A stretch of 63,908 nucleotides of DNA, filler included, from Octopus bimaculoides (lineage: Eukaryota), in the NCBI RefSeq assembly GCF_001194135.2. It is 5 parts of 5 records of this genome, joined end to end, with 100 filler letters (N's around TTAATTAATTAA, not from the genome) between each part and the next. Parts side by side here need not be neighbours in the genome. Positions count along the whole stretch, not along the records: positions 12,097 to 42,666 come from NC_068990.1; positions 42,767 to 50,106 come from NC_069002.1; positions 50,207 to 62,544 come from NC_068981.1; 2 more parts are not named here. One strand, given 5' to 3'. Shown here piece after piece: positions 38,205-50,679 of the stretch (the first letter of the stretch is position 1; each line of letters begins with the position of its first letter). The translations under genes were made by a program, and so were the position numbers. Below the pieces are notes generated by a model. It searched no databases. It was not told where the DNA came from and saw only the letters and a list, made by a program, of their open reading frames with translations.

Positions 38205-38310
38205 CTATCCTTATGTTGTTCTTCCGCAAAGACGGATTCACTGCAGCAGACGTGACAAAAAACACAATAGACTTTCTTAAGGAGCACTTTCATCAAAATG
38301 CTGAGTGTTC
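38205..38310 (+). mobile_element. Tc1/mariner-superfamily catalytic-domain remnant
   Basis: FFRKDGFTAADVTKNTIDFLKEHF resembles FQQDGA.AH....T...L...F. Confidence 0.4.
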
Positions 38311-38733
38311 AGGGAACATATTTAAAATGACAAAGTGTTGCTTCGGAATTCGATTTTAGTTCTAATTGCTTTTATCTCCAATCATTCTAGACGCTTGAAA
38401 ATATCAAATATATCTACATTTATGAGTTATAGTACACATTTCTGTTTATCACGTTTTATGACTGTTACACAAATGATGTCCAAAGTTCGTTCAGTTTGAG
38501 GTAGTATGTTATTCTCAAGCAGTACCGTGTATTTCATACCATTGTGGTAACAAGTCTATATCACTGGAAAAGCTTTGATGTCACTGACAATAAAATTATT
38601 TTAAAAACCTGTCTTTACGATTCTAGTGAGTTATAGTTTTTGGCGAGTACAAAGATTTTATGATTGACACGTATACACACACTTAAGCATATACACACGC
38701 ACACACACATACACATATATATAAGATATATCG

Positions 38734-38785
<52 letters not shown>

Positions 38786-39814
38786 GCACACACATACATA
38801 TTATTCACACACGCACACACACACACGTACACGCATATTTATAATAATTATACATATATATCTATATTTATTTATGTATCACTTTCTTTTTTGCTCTCAT
38901 ACACACAGACACACACATATGTATGTATGTATATATGTATACAATACAAACACGAAAACAGAGTTCGTTTTGATCTTATTTAATGTCGTCAACGTCCACG
39001 TGTTTCAGTGACGAGTGTTACCGAATTATGCAACACAGGCAAGGTGCAGGAAGATCGAATGGTTCAGAAATTCATCCTGTAGTCATGGCAGTGTTTCATG
39101 TTAAGTATTCCTCTGTGAAACATCTTGAGCTAATTTGAATTTCTCTACGCCATCTTAACCTAGGCATTGTAAGTAATTTTGGGTAGACATAGACTGCGTA
39201 GTATCCCGAAGAGTGAATTGTATTTGTAATTCAAAACATAGAGCCTAGTTTCCAGGAAGGTCAAGGAACTCATCAAAAGCTGATGAGACCTGGTAAAAGT
39301 ACCATGTAAACCACTATTATTTGTTTCATGGTCGATTGGTCGGCGACTAAACCCGTTCTCCCTTGAGTAGCTGGTTACCCTTGAGAGTAGGGTGTCTGGC
39401 CAACCAACAGGATTAGAAACAAAACCTTTTCTAGGCGGATGAGTCCATTATGAGCCAATGGTCATTCAGTGGAAGAAGGCAGTGGTAAACCACCCCAATA
39501 TCTTTGCCAAGGAAGCACAAAGAGAAAGTGGGAATGAAGCTATGGCTTCATCCAATGGGAGAACTGGTGGTAATCATGAAAAGTTTCGTTCTAGTGTCAC
39601 CAACGCGCTGCAAAAGCGCCGCATAGAATACGGCGACGACGACGACGACGACGAAAGCCTTGTTACTCATACCGTCACTCTGATTCTGCCCAAGAATTGG
39701 GTTACGGGTTGTGGAATGCTACTTACAAATTAACTCAGGAGCGGGTAATTAAGATCAATCTTCTTAATCTGAATCAACACAGAACGACGAAGAACCGACG
39801 CGTGCGCACGCACA

Positions 39815-39866
<52 letters not shown>

Positions 39867-40241
39867 AGATACGATGATTCTCCGTTTGGAACTTGGAGAA
39901 ATTAGCTGCACAACTCGTTATATTGAAAAAGCTCTGTTAGCTACACAACTGAAGACAGAAGAGCACGTACAGCTTATAGGCTGTATGTCAGACACTGAGC
40001 TCGTACAGCTTATATACTCGGTTGTCAGACACTGAGAAAACGAGAATAAACAAATGGTATAAAAATATACAAACTGACAAGGACTCAGACAGCTAGAGAA
40101 GACTAAATAGACACACAAAAACCTAATGTAAGTGACAGAATCTTAACGTGTAGGGCAGGAACAGGTACACTTTTTATAGCATTGTTTTGCGCTAGTATGC
40201 AAGAATTTAGATTGAAATAATTTTTCCTTCAACAAGTATGA

Positions 40242-40665
40242 TACGGGGTCTGATCAATAAGTATCCGGACTGATACTCTAGTAACGAAGCTAAAGCACAT
40301 AGAGTGAAGCCATTTGGTACGATTGACCTTAAAGGCTGCTGTGCATACGCACTAAGTTTTAACGTCCTAGCTCACTTCCGCTGTTTACAGAAGTGTTTGG
40401 AAGAAAGGTGTGTAGCGTGTGATCGTCGTATTGACCATGACAGAGAAAGTTGAGCAGAGAATCTGCTTCAAATCTTGCCAGAAAGCTTGGGGATACCTGT
40501 TCAGAGGCCTACGCAAAATTTTCAGAAAGTTTTCGTGGTTCTCGACACAATCAAGGAGATCTTGGGCAAAAGAAACCCGAGTGTCATTTTGGTAAGCTGA
40601 AAGCAGTTTTGGCACAATCTTGGCAGACGCGTCTAATACCCAAATTTTCACTGATAATGGACTGA
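40242..40665 (+). mobile_element. Rearranged mariner: left TIR and N-terminus (+), inverted mid-transposase segment (-)
   Basis: TA-CGGGGTCTGATCAATAAGTATCCGGACTG TIR; MTEKVEQRICFKSCQK on plus; ENLGIRRV and AKIVPKLLSAYQNDTRVSFAQDLLDCVENHENFLK on minus. Confidence 0.85.
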
Positions 40666-41268
40666 ACACACACACAAACACACGCACACACAAACACACG
40701 CACACACAAACACACGCACACACAAACACACGCACACACAAACACGCACACACACACGCTCACATTCACACGCATTCACATACACCCTTTTACATAAACA
40801 TAGAGCTGGAACGCTGTTTGATTTATTTTTCAGCGTACAATTTTCATCATCCCACTACCAAGTATGACGTCACACCTTCCTTCCTTATTCATCAATCACC
40901 CCTTCCTTTCTCATTCATAAACACAAGAGTATTATTATAGTAGATTATCTCGGTAACCATGGGAACTATGAAAAAAATACAAAGCCCAACAACACCACCA
41001 GATCATTCTACACATTTGTGTAATTTTCCGTGCAATTCCATCCATCCGCTTGACCGTGAATCCCAAGACAAGAAAGAATCGCCCATATCAAATTTATATA
41101 TATATATATATATATATATAAGAATGTGTGTGTGTGTGCGTGAGAGAGAGAGAGAGAGAGAGAGAGAGTCTGTGTTTGTGAGTGTGTGTGTGTGCGTGTG
41201 TGTGCGCGTGTGTGTGTGGCGTTATGTATTTGCATAATAAACATGGTAAATGAAAGAGAAACTAAGGC

Positions 41269-41314
<46 letters not shown>

Positions 41315-42204
41315 GAGAGATAGAGAGAGAAACAGCGTATAAATTACTGAATCAGTGGTGATAGGAAGTTAGATTGAGAGGCAGTAGAGAGTACTTGATA
41401 AGTCTAAACGATTCAGTAAAAGATATGTTGTGGACTGTGATGAGGTTGATTTAAGAGAGGAGAAAAAATTGCTCTTAATTTTAAGTTAAAACACCAGCAT
41501 GAAGCAACATATGTTTGACGAGAATGCTGGATGCTGCGTTTAAAATACGAAATGAAAAACTAGCACCGAGTATAATCAAATGGCGTGACCATGAAATATT
41601 TGAACTTCGATGTCAACAAGTAATATAGGGAATTGCAAAGATTGGTAGTAAAAATGACAGCAAATGATTGCCAACATCTACACGTGATTGCACAGAAATC
41701 TTTTATGTCTCCGTCTATTATAATTATCTATGTGACATGGTTGGTTTTCCACACAGAATATTGTCATTAGAGTTGCTGCCGTTGCCTAGCATATTATATC
41801 GATTGTAATTGCAGCAGAGACGTTTTAAGTCGAAAAATAAACACACGAGCGCTCACATCGCTGCTAAGATATACTTACGCAACTACATTTTGTTGTAACT
41901 ACACACTGCATATACTTGCTGGCGCCATGTGTTAACACATCTACATATTAAGTGACGTAAATAAACTTCACACTTCCAAACAACTGTGTTTATATGCATA
42001 CATTATATTGATTTTTTTTTGTCCTAGATACAGAAGTCTGCGTTAGGAATGAAGACAATATAGCCATGAAAAATAAAACCAATATATTACTGGTTGTTCG
42101 GTCATGCAATTTAGAACGGTCAAGTTGACTTGAATGCTGTTCGAAATCAAAATGTTTCTGAATATATGGCATTTTTAGTTGGCGTTTTTCTGTTAGTGTT
42201 GATA

Positions 42205-42266
<62 letters not shown>

Positions 42267-42506
42267 NNNNNNNNNNNNNNNNNNNNNNNNNNNNNNNNNN
42301 NNNNNNNNNNNNNNNNNNNNNNNNNNNNNNNNNNNNNTCTCTCTCTCTCTCTCTCTCTCTGTATATATATAAATATGAAGTTAGGGCTTTTCTTTTGCAG
42401 ATGGCCCTTGAAGTTAAAATTTACATACTATAATTTGTAGCTTCATCTAGTTCGAGATTCCCCGATCCAAAAAAGAATTATCTCATGTTCTCTTCAGGTT
42501 TGTAAA

Positions 42507-42523
42507 GTTTCATGAGATCCACA

Positions 42524-42584
<61 letters not shown>

Positions 42585-42601
42585 CATCCATCCATCCATC
42601 C

Positions 42602-42664
<63 letters not shown>

Positions 42665-42666
42665 CA
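42507..42666. repeat. (TATC)n/(CATC)n microsatellite
   Basis: Direct reading of the sequence. Confidence 0.95.
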
Positions 42667-43644
42667 NNNNNNNNNNNNNNNNNNNNNNNNNNNNNNNNNN
42701 NNNNNNNNNNTTAATTAATTAANNNNNNNNNNNNNNNNNNNNNNNNNNNNNNNNNNNNNNNNNNNNATATATGCATCATATACATGCATATATATATACA
42801 TGCATATGCGTATGTATGTGAGTATGGGGTTTGTCTATCTAAAAATAAAGAATGGCTAGATCTGAGTGGAGAGCAGAAAAAGATGGATGGGATCAGCCAC
42901 CCTAAAAGGTAAGGGTTACAAGTAGCTTAAGCACTGTTTCTGGTCATTGTTTAACCTAGGTCAACTCTGATTCAGCAGACCTATAATCAAAAGCCTTCCA
43001 CCCATGACCATCCTATTTTATCTTATTTTGTTTTGTAGACACCTAGGACGGCATTATCTGAAGCGTTCTTTCTTTTTCAAAGACAGTAAGATGTAATTTG
43101 AGGGAGATTTAGCTGCTATGTTTAACAGGTTGATCAGTCGTATAGAAGTTTTCTCTTATTGACTCGGTCTGTTATTTAGGTGAGCACAGCTGCATTGAAA
43201 CAGAACAACAACAACAACAATGTGTGTGTGTGTGTGTGTGTGTGGCCGTTTATATTAATAGGAGTGGGAAAGCATTCATTATACATCAGCAAACCTTTCC
43301 ACGAATCGTTGGACATGTGAAGACATGTGAAATATCAAAAAAAGTTGGGAGTTTCTTTTCTTTATTCATGAATCTAATCTGTAAACACATTGGTCTTTGG
43401 AGTGCAAACACACACACACACACACATGCACCTACACATTCACAGATACATAACTCTCAATTCGTTGTTTGTCAATTATCCAATGCTTAATCCATAACGA
43501 TGAGAGGTGGAAAGTTGTGAACACAGAAACGACTGCATGTAGGATGGTGCTCGGGCTGAATATAACTGGGTACAAACTTGGAATCGGATATAATGTGAAA
43601 CAGAGAAATCTGAGTTGAGATGGAGACATGGCGTGTATGGAGGA

Positions 43645-43890
43645 TGACATCATCATCATTGTAGCGTCCACTTTTCCATGCATGCATGGGTTGGACAGAG
43701 TTTATAGAGGCAGATTTTCTACAGCTGGATGCCCTTCCTGTCACCCACTGTTGCCTGTTTCCAAGCAAGGTTATATTTCCCCCATGGTCAGACAGCTTCT
43801 TGCAGTATATTGGATATAAATGATACCAATTGTATGACAGTGGCAACCATTTTAAAACCATTATGCGATGTCAAGTCATGGAGAAACACA
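43645..43890 (-). mobile_element. Short retroposed repeat with RTE-like 3' end and (GAT)n tail
   Basis: The plus strand shows CATCATCATCATTGTAGCGTCCACTTTTCCATGCATGCATGGGTTGGAC...GGATGCCCTTCCTGTC, the reverse of an RTE-type tail. Confidence 0.55.
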
Positions 43891-43911
43891 CACACACACA
43901 ATAGGTTCCTT

Positions 43912-44152
43912 TCAGTGTCTTATTTCTTTATTGCCCACAAGGGGCTAAACACAGAGGGGACAAACAAGGACAGACAAAGGGATTAAGTCGATTACATCGA
44001 CCCCAGTGCGTAACTGGTACTTAATTTATCGACCCCCGAAAGGATGAAAGGCAAAGTCGACCTCGGCGGAATTTGAACTCAGAACGTAACGACAGACGAA
44101 ATACCACTAAGCATTTCACCCGGCGAGCTACCGATTCTGCCAGCTCGCCGCC
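43912..44152 (-). mobile_element. SINE family A2
   Basis: Reverse complement closely matches 34577-34812. Confidence 0.9.
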
Positions 44153-44494
44153 TTTCAGTTTCTGGGTTCTTTCAGTTTCTGTCAAGTAAATCCATTCATG
44201 ACGGACAAGTAAAAAAAACGTAAAATAAATAAATAAATATAAAGTGCCAAATGACCCAAGTGAAATAAAGAAACAAAAGAGGGCATAGGAAAAAGTGGTG
44301 AAAAATTGATCTCAGGATACTGAACTTCAGAAAGGAAATGACAAAGGAATGACAGCAAGTGGTATGATGCTGTGCAGGAGAAGACCTGTCAAAACATATA
44401 CAAGAAATAAAACAAATCAACATAAGATGATGATGATGATGATGATGAATCAATCATGTATTTGATATCTTGGTTAATAATCAGCAAATCTATA

Positions 44495-44671
44495 CTAGGC
44501 GCAGGAGTGGCTGTGTGGTAAGTAGCTTGCTTACCAACCACATGGTTCAGTCCCACTGCATGGCACCTTGGGAAAGTGTCTTCTACTATAGTAGCCTCGG
44601 GCCGACCAAAGCCTTGTGACTGGATTTGGTAGGCAGAAACTGAAAGAAGCCTGTCATATATATGTGTGTAC

Positions 44672-44710
<39 letters not shown>

Positions 44711-45335
44711 NNNNNNNNNNNNNNNNNNNNNNNNNNNNNNNNNNNNNNNNNNNNNNNNNNNNNNNNNNNNNNNNNNNNNNNNNNNNNNNNNNNNNNNNNN
44801 NNNNNNNNNNNNNNNNNNNNNNNNNNNNNNNNNNNNNNNNNNNNNNNNNNNNNNNNNNNNNNNNNNNNNNNNNNNNNNNNNNNNNNNNNNNNNNNNNNNN
44901 NNNNNNNNNNNNNNNNNNNNNNNNNNNNNNNNNNNNNNNNNNNNNNNNNNNNNNNNNNNNNNNNNNNNNNNNNNNNNNNNNNNNNNNNNNNNNNNNNNNN
45001 NNNNNNNNNNNNNNNNNNNNNNNNNNNNNNNNNNNNNNNNNNNNNNNNNNNNNNNNNNNNNNNNNNNNNNNNNNNNNNNNNNNNNNNNNNNNNNNNNNNN
45101 NNNNNNNNNNNNNNNNNNNNNNNNNNNNNNNNNNNNNNNNNNNNNNNNNNNNNNNNNNNNNNNNNNNNNNNNNNNNNNNNNNNNNNNNNNNNNNNNNNNN
45201 NNNNNNNNNNNNNNNNNNNNNNNNNNNNNNNNNNNNNNNNNNNNNNNNNNNNNNNNNNNNNNNNNNNNNNNNNNNNNNNNNNNNNNNNNNNNNNNNNNNN
45301 NNNNNNNNNNNNNNNNNNNNNNNNNNNNNNNNNNN

Positions 45336-45401
<66 letters not shown>

Positions 45402-45585
45402 TGTTTGTCTCTCACCACCACATGACAACTGGTGTTGGTTTGCTTACATCCCTGTAATTTTGCAGTTTGGCAAAAGAGACCAAAAATAAGTGCCAAACTT
45501 TAAAATAAGTGCTGGGATCAACCTGTTCGACTAAACCCTTCAAGGCAGTGCCCCAGCATGGTCGCAGTCCAATGACTGAAACAAA
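44495..45585 (+). mobile_element. SINE family B spanning a gap (internal microsatellite)
   Basis: AGGCGCAGGAGTGGCTGTGTGGTAAGTAGCTTGCTTACCAACCACATGGTT head; 3' part ending GCCCCAGCATGGTCGCAGTCCAATGACTGAAAC. Confidence 0.85.
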
Positions 45586-45639
45586 AATTAAGACACTTCG
45601 TCGATGGTTTTAGTTCTCTTGAATCTAACACTTCAACAC

Positions 45640-46010
45640 ACTACACTTGAGTCAATGACGGAACCTCTAAGAGGTCACTCACCCTGCTAAGAATAGAAGC
45701 AAAATCACACCTTATTTATTGTCTGAAATAAAAGGAAAGGCACATTAGATCATGTGGTTCTCGACAATCTGAATAAAAGATGAGATGCTCACAGTGGGAA
45801 CATCCTTTGTCATAGGGTTACTGGATCAGGGCTGACTTGGGGCCACACGACATGATCAAAAATTATAAGGCGAGATAATCCACAGCAAAGCATCCCTTTG
45901 ATTATTAGCTAAATAATTATGTCTGAATAAAAGATGGGAACGGCCATGACTGAGACACATTATATCACAGATCTAATGGATCAGGGCTGACCTGGGGCTA
46001 AACAAGTCCA
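45640..46010 (+). repeat. Dispersed ~250-bp repeat family C (further copies at about 42940-43170 -, 48945-49170 -, 49440-49660 +)
   Basis: Shared AATAGCAG..AAAT...GATCAGGGCTGACCTGGGGCTAAACAA motifs. Confidence 0.6.
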
Positions 46011-46485
46011 TTACAATGCAGTGATAACAAAAGAATGAAGAAATTTGAAAACAAAAAAAACCCCGACAAAATTAACAAAAACAGTTAGCCAGTCTGTTTA
46101 CTGGAGGACAGTGTGAGGTTGGCATAACGAACAAAAGATTGTATGACGGCAGAAATGTGGAGAATCTCTTTCAAAAACCTGGCGGCATTTTCATTGAAAA
46201 GGAAGGTGTATGTTCTAGTGAATGTATCTCAGTGAATTTTCACTGATCAGGCTTGTTCTTTTATGCTGGGAATATACATTTCTAGAATTGGGCTAGTGAA
46301 TTCAAGATAGAAGTGATACAAAGTAGTTTGACAAACAGACAGACATCATAATAACAAAAGTAACATACAAAAAAAAATCAAAGATATATACACACACACA
46401 CATATGCATACATATACGCAAACATATATATATCCACATAAATATACACATATACATACATACATATATCCACATAAATATACAC

Positions 46486-46527
<42 letters not shown>

Positions 46528-48734
46528 TAACACACACACACACACACACACATATATCAAAGCGATTTCTCCACCCTCTTCTGGAATATATAAAGCAGAG
46601 AAAAGCTGGAAAAATTACGAAGTAAAATAAAATAGAAAAAAAAAAAACTAAGAAAAATATGGAAAAGAAAAGAAACTGACAAAAGAAAGAAAGAAAAAGA
46701 GACAAAATGAAAAGCGAATAATAATAGCAGTGGCAGCAGAAGTATTGTGAAATAAAATGGATAGACAATATGATAAGTTGAAAGTTGTATAGTAAGTAAT
46801 ATAGATATGTAATAGTTGAATAAATAAAAACTAAATAACAACAATAGCAACAACAACAACAACAACAGAAGTAACAATAACAACAATAACAGCACTCAAT
46901 CTTTTAAGAAGGTTCCAGAAAAATGTGGAAGAAAAAGAAGGGGAAAAAAAAGATAAACTAAAGAAGGAAGTTATTTGTGATGGAAAGCAGAAATGCTAAA
47001 TGTGAAATGATGTAAAACAACAACAACAAAAACGTGTGGTGGTGGCGGCGGTGGTGGTGGTGGTGGTGGTGGTAGAGGCAGGGAAGGTGTTGGTGGTGGT
47101 TTTTGAACAATTGCTAAAATGTGTTGTTTTTTTGTGTTGTCAGAAAGCACTGAGATGTGGAAGAATTAAAAAAAGGAAAGTGTGTGTGTGTGTGTGTGTG
47201 TGTTGTGTGTGTGTATTGTGTGTGTGTGTGTACTGTGTGTGTGCGTGTGTGTGTGTGATGAGGTGAGAGACACTCTGGAATATTGATGGTTATGATGGTG
47301 AGGGGTTAAGTAACAGGAAGAGTTGGGGATGGGAGTTGCAGGAAAAAAAAACAAGGAGAAAGTAGAGAGAAAGAGGGGGTGGGAGAGAGAGAAAGAAATA
47401 GATAGATAGATAGAGAGTAATCTTCAGGAATTGATTAACATTTTAGGTTTTGGGAATTTTAAACAAAATTTTAAGTTGTTATTTACTCAGATATATTTGT
47501 TCATACAAGAAGTATAAACCAGATATTTTCTTCCATTTTGGCAAAGTGTATTTTTTCCCCCTCTTGAAATTCAATAGAGAAATCTATTAAAAACCTAACC
47601 TATCGTCTAAATAAATACTCTTTCTAAAACTGGTCTCTCTCCAACATTTCTCTCTCTCTCTCCAACATTTCTCTCTCTCTCTCTCTCTGTCTGTCTGTCT
47701 CTAACTCAAGTTCTCTTTACAAACCTAACACACCATCTAAACTACCACTCCTACTTAACTCTCACTGTTTCTCTCTTACACTATCTTCCCTTTTTTTTAT
47801 AAACTCGACTTTCAGCTGATTAACCCCACCCTGACTCGCTGTTCTCTGGGTGGTGGTGGTTCTCCGAGATGGTTCTTGAGAATTAAGCTGGTTCTTCCTT
47901 CCTTTCTTTGCTTCCGCTCTTACAAAATGACCCAGCTTATTATGTGCAACAATGATGCAGGCCTGTTAACCTAATTATCTTCAACATTGGTAAAATGGTA
48001 AAATTCTAAAGCAACTTATCTTTTTTTGAGAGGAGAAGGAGAGAGAAAGAGAGAGAGAGAGAAAACTGTGACACCCCATTTTCATTCAGATAAGGAACCA
48101 AGCCATTCAAAACAACACACAGACACACTATATATATATCATAAACAACCTTCTCTTTGAGCCATGTCCAGTTTCCTCTTAAGAAGTTTGAACTGTTTAG
48201 TTCTAAATACAGACATAGATCAGGCTAAGTAGCCAGATTGTATCTTGGCAACATAACTCAGTCTTATTTCTAAATACAGACATAGATCACCAACTTCAGT
48301 ATCTACACCGTAGCTTCTCAAAGTGGGCGATATTGCCCACCAGTGGGTGATTGGGCAAATTTCTAAAAAACGGTGTGTGATTTGAGATTTTGGTGGGCGC
48401 TGTGGGTGACAAAGAATTTTTAGAGATCAAGTCTGCATCTCCCTATATCTAGGCATGCCTAGAATAAGGATGCACTTTTATCAATTTGACTATTCAAATG
48501 AGATGTCCCTTTGTATTAAAAAAAAGCGGACTTGTTTATTGATTAAATATTTTTGTCACACAGTCATTGAGATGGTTGTCATTTATGCTAAAAATAGCAG
48601 CGAAGTAGGCCTAAGCCTTAAACCACGACCACCACAATTTTTTTCTCTGTTTTTTTTTTGCATAATCCTATGAAGTCCTGCGTGTAGAATACAATTTTGC
48701 AAAAACTCTGAAAATAAAAAAAGTTATGAGGCTT

Positions 48735-48860
48735 CTTTCAGTCTCCATCTACCAAATCCACTCACAAGGCTTTGGTCAGCCCAAGGCTATAGTAGAAGAC
48801 ACTTGCCCATATGGTTGGGAAGCAAGCTTCTTACCACACAGCCATGCCTGCATCTATATG
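48735..48860 (-). mobile_element. SINE family B, 5' part
   Basis: Reverse of GCATGGCTGTGTGGTAAGAAGCTTGCTTCCCAACC...GGCAAGTGTCTTCTACTATAGCCTTGGG..ACCAAAGCCTTGTGAGTGGATTTGGTAG. Confidence 0.85.
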
Positions 48861-49174
48861 CAACTGGGTGGGGGTGGGGGGAATATTTTAATTGAAAAAT
48901 AAAAATCAACTCTGATTATCGAACATGCTTTATTGTAGTTTATTGTTGTTTTAACCCTTGGTCAGCTCCAGTTAGACAGACTTACGATCAAAAGCATTCT
49001 TGTCAAGACTTTCACATTTTTTGCAGGCAAAATGTGCTGTGGACTACACTATTTAATGTACCCTTTTCGAAGACAATAGAGTGTGAGTTGAGGGAACCTT
49101 CTAAATGGAGTGAAATCTGTCTTTATGATCTGCTATTTCTAGTAGATCAAGAGGTCACATAGAGCTTACACACT

Positions 49175-49440
49175 GGTTTTCCTATTTGTTGTATTTTCTC
49201 ATTGGCAAGCTACTGGTTCTTCTGTTGTACTCCTTCCTTTATTTGTGTACTCCTGTTACTGGTGTAGAGATGATCCTTCAGTTGTACTCCTTAACTGATA
49301 AAGAGTATGTCATTTAGTTGTACTCCTTCATTGGTGCAGTGTTGGTCTGGTTTTTCAAATGTACTCCTTTATTGATGCAATGTAGGTCATTTAGATGTAC
49401 TCCCTTATTGATGCAGTGATGTACTCCTTCCATCCCTTGA
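49175..49440. repeat. Degenerate ~35-bp minisatellite with GTACTCC core
   Basis: TGTACTCC recurs 7 times at roughly regular spacing. Confidence 0.75.
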
Positions 49441-49874
49441 TGTAACCTATGAAGAAGTTACTTAACCTGCTAGGAATAGCAGTTAAATTTCTTCAAAAAA
49501 AAAAAACAACCCCAAAAAACCCATACCCTACCATCTTAAAAATGGATATTAGACAAGGTAGTCCTTGACCTACAAAATTTCAAGGTGGTCATACGTGGAA
49601 TGCTTTTGAATTGTGGGTCTACTCAATCAAAGCTGACCTGGTGCCAAACAACAAGAACCACAACAGAAGAACCATGAAGTGGCAAAAGTGTCTTTGTATG
49701 ACACTTCAACACTCTAGAAATAGTAACCATATCTCTTTCAACTCACATCCTATACATATCTATATATATATATATATATATACATATACATACATACATA
49801 CATATACATACATACATACATACATATACATACATACATACATACACATACATAATAGCCCAACTAATTAGGGG

Positions 49875-50106
49875 TCATAGCCCAACTAATTAGGGAGCGA
49901 ATCAATTTAGATGAGATGCAGTTTGGGTTCGTGCCAGGTAAAAGCACTACTGATGCCTTATTTCTAGTGAGACAGTTGCAAGAGAAATACCTAGCCAAGG
50001 ATAAACCTCTGTACCTGGCTTTCGTTGACATGGAGAAAGCCTTTGACAGGGTCCCCCGATCCCTTATCTGGTGGTCAATGAGGAAACTTGGGATAGAAGA
50101 ATGGCT
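49875..50106 (+). mobile_element. RTE-clade LINE reverse transcriptase fragment (open frame up to the gap)
   Basis: VIAQLIRERINLDEMQFGFVPGKSTTDALFLVRQLQEKYLAKDKPLYLAFVDMEKAFDRVPRSLIWWSMRKLGIEEW. Confidence 0.92.
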
Positions 50107-50206
50107 NNNNNNNNNNNNNNNNNNNNNNNNNNNNNNNNNNNNNNNNNNNNTTAATTAATTAANNNNNNNNNNNNNNNNNNNNNNNNNNNNNNNNNNNNNN
50201 NNNNNN

Positions 50207-50540
50207 CTTTCATTTGTGTATATTGTATCCTATCTAGTTCATTGACTCCTAAATACTTGTATGGTTGGCTTTCGTCTAGTTCTCTTATTTCGTTGGCTTT
50301 ATCTAGTGTTATATTGCTACTTTTAACTAATTTTCCTCTTTTCAGGGTTGCTTTGGCACATTTTTCTAATCCGAATTTCATATCTATTTCCTTGGTAAAG
50401 ACGTGTACTGTCTGTAGTAATGTTTCTAGCTCTCTGTCGTTTTTAGCATATAATTTTAGGTCATCCATATATAGAAGGTGGCTGACTGTTTTTCCGTAGC
50501 ATTTGTAACCGCATCCAGTTCTATTTAGCAATTCAGTTAA
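50207..50540 (-). mobile_element. R4-like RT fragment containing YMDD
   Basis: VSHLLYMDDLKLYAKNDRELETLLQTV..F.K.I.MKFGLEKCA...YKYLGV. Confidence 0.92.
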
Positions 50541-50616
50541 AGGTGTTAGTGTCAGGCAGAACAGGAGTGGAGAGAGCGTGTCTCCCTGGAATATTCTTAT
50601 TCTTATTATTTTTTTT

Positions 50617-50674
<58 letters not shown>

Positions 50675-50679
50675 GTTAT

